Of a stretch of DNA of 64,000 bases, positions 61,919 to 64,000 are shown piece by piece (positions within the stretch are counted from its first letter, which is position 1; every line of letters begins with the position of its first letter). A program made the translations under genes and the position numbers. The stretch lies in the NCBI GenBank assembly GCA_965112735.1, contig OZ218955.1, positions 682,001-746,000 of the forward strand, read 5' to 3'. The stretch comes from Phaeosaccion multiseriatum (lineage: Eukaryota; Protista; Ochrophyta, other classes). Below the pieces are notes generated by a model that made no database searches, had not been told where the DNA came from, and saw nothing but the letters and a program-made list of their open reading frames with translations.

Positions 61919-64000
61919 ATGACCTCGGAGGAAAAGCTCCCTGCTGGGAGGAAGGCCACCATCCGAAGAACGTACAGCGTCGTCAAGCCTCGCGAGGAGG
62001 AAGCGGAGGAGGACACGCTGCAGGCCGAGGCCCACTTTGAGAAGACGCTGCACGGATTGTTCGAACAGCTAGACCTGAACCGGGATGGAGTGCTGTCCCC
62101 TGCAGAGGTGCGATGGGCAAACCTTAACACTTCTTTGTGCACGTTTACGACTGGACTGGTGGTGCAGTCCGTCTTCCTGTCTACCTGTCTGTCTCTCGAG
62201 AGGAGGGACAGTCCATCACATTGGAGTAGTAACGATGGACTTCTGCGTTACGACTGCGTTTACAACAGCCCCCACCCCTCGAACATCGCTGCTGCTGCCA
62301 CCACTCTTCTTCTGTCACTTATCCTACTACCCCTCACCACCAATGGAAACACCCCTCTCGCTCTTCCGCTCATACACGCACCCCACCCCTGCCCACGGAG
62401 AAGGTCCGGGAGAGCTTCCGTCGCCTCGGCCTGCCATGCGGCAAAGTGCACATGGAGGCACTCTTCGGCGAGGGCTTCTTCGAGGGGGGTATTGGTAGTA
62501 CGTCGCCGCCAAGCCTGATCCGCTTGGAGGACTTCGTAAAGCATGCCATGGGGAGGAGAGATCGCCTCATGGCCGTGTGGGAAGGTGAGCACATAAGGAG
62601 GAAGAAGCACAGCTAGCAGCCCCCAAAACCTATGCGTACCCACTCTCTCTCTCTCACACACACACTGGGCTCGCGTCGAGGTCGATCGAACAGAAGACGG
62701 GTGTTAGGTCTGAGAAGGAGGGGAGGAGATGGAACCGCTTTGAGAAGGAGAGGAGGGTGTGGTTCCACAGCCAGAGCCGTCCACATGAAAGCAACTGTGG
62801 CTGTGTCTGCATGAGAGGAATTGTGTACCTCCGGCTACTCGCTGCTGGTATAGGGCAGTTTTCGCGTTACCTTGGTTTGGCTTAGGTTGCCTTGTGAGGT
62901 CGATGCAGGTGCAAGCAATGGTGAAGCGTGTCAGAGCGCAGAAGTACGATGGGTGAGGTCGCTCTGTCTCTAATCTGCATCTCCTATGCCGCCCCACCTT
63001 CGACCTACCTATCCGCTTTTCTCCCTACCTACCTACCTACCTACCTACGTGCCCTCTTTCTTTATGGTATATCTCGTGTCGGGTCTATCTGTTTGTGTCT
63101 CTCTGCCCCCCCAGAGCTGGATAGCAACAACGACGGCCTCGTGTTTGTGGACGATATCCAAAGGGCTCTGCGCCGCCTTGACATTAAGGCATCAGACGCA
63201 CAGGTGCAGTGCATGTAATGAAAGGAGGGAGTACTTTGGTCTGGTTATGGACGAGCGACGGGGGCAGGGTGTGTGTGAGCGTGAAGGGAGGAGTGTGTGG
63301 GTATGTGCCGTTACGAACCTACTCGTGGAGAATCCGTCGCTGGAGCTCTCCACTCCTCCTTTGTCCCTTACGTGTGTGTGCGCGCGTGCGTGTGTGTGTG
63401 CGTGTGTGCATTCCGTTGCGTTCCGTTGCATTCCGTTCCCGTAGGTGCTGAAGCTGATGCGCCGCTCGGGGGACGGGGGCGGGCATATGGGCCTGGAGGA
63501 CTTCACGCGTCTCATGCTCCTCGCCCCAGGCCAGACTGTCGCAGAGCACTTCGATGCGTACCTGGCTGGGGCGGAGTTCGGAGAGGGAACAGGTACGTAC
63601 CTGTCTTACGTAACAGAGCAGAGTCAGAGTCATCACAAGCACATGGGTAGAGAGTCTCAGTCGCTAAGAGTCACACACAACAAGGAAGGCAAGAGGGCAA
63701 GAGGGGCCGTTTCGCAGTTTCGTTTTGTGTGGTGGTGGTGTTGCGTGGTTGCGTGAGGGGGGAGGGAGAGACCGGCAGGGAGCGAGGGGAGGCACCCCAG
63801 CGGCATCATGCCCCTGAGAAGCACCACCTCACGCTCACTCACTCACTCTCACTCACTCACTCTCACTCACTCACTCACTCACTCACTCACTCTCACTCTC
63901 TCCCTCACCCACTCACTCACTCACCCACTCATTCTCACTCACTCACTCACTTCCTCCCTCAGGTCCCGTGACGGACGACTTCGAAGATCTGAACGAGGAA
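61919..64000 (+). CDS. EF-hand Ca2+-binding N-terminal part of a probable mitochondrial ATP-Mg/Pi carrier (SCaMC/SLC25A24-like); continues beyond the window
   Basis: LFEQLDLNRDGVLSPAE, RRLGLP, EDFVKH..RLMAVWEELDSNNDGLVFVDDIQRALRRLDI, EDFTRLMLLAP, following the SCaMC regulatory-domain layout. The carrier domain is not in the window. Confidence 0.65.

Overview
Eukaryotic, GC-rich nuclear DNA with many GT-AG introns and microsatellites. The source is most likely a photosynthetic stramenopile (ochrophyte): there is an Lhcf-type antenna gene, and several genes carry 'ASA-F'-type bipartite plastid presequences. The left 16 kb is a biosynthetic locus. It holds an intact minus-strand megasynthase (at least 13 exons, over 2,149 aa, running off the left edge) with the architecture FAAL-ACP-KS-ACP fused to a polytopic membrane region resembling the epsilon-poly-L-lysine synthetase (Pls)/'NRPS terminal domain' polymerase region. 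No AT, KR, DH or TE is visible in the window. Upstream lie a frameshifted, truncated FAAL-ACP-KS paralog and a third FAAL fragment. The rest encodes an apparently inactive HDAC-fold protein, mitochondrial bL19, Lhcf, a CDK11-like kinase, an ABI-like WAVE subunit, plastid ClpP, a YceD/DUF177 protein, a secreted zinc protease-P domain-mucin stalk protein (106 octapeptide repeats), a PRMT10-like methyltransferase with an apparent plastid presequence, RMC1/Mic1, a plastid GNAT, an uncharacterised CCxSGCxxC plastid protein and the 5' part of a Ca2+-binding mitochondrial carrier. Non-coding oddities include a MITE-like element, GCTATC/GATAGC palindrome clusters and a 16-bp motif repeated about 14 times in different frames and orientations. 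Exon models were read by eye and family assignments come from remembered motifs; no database searches were run.
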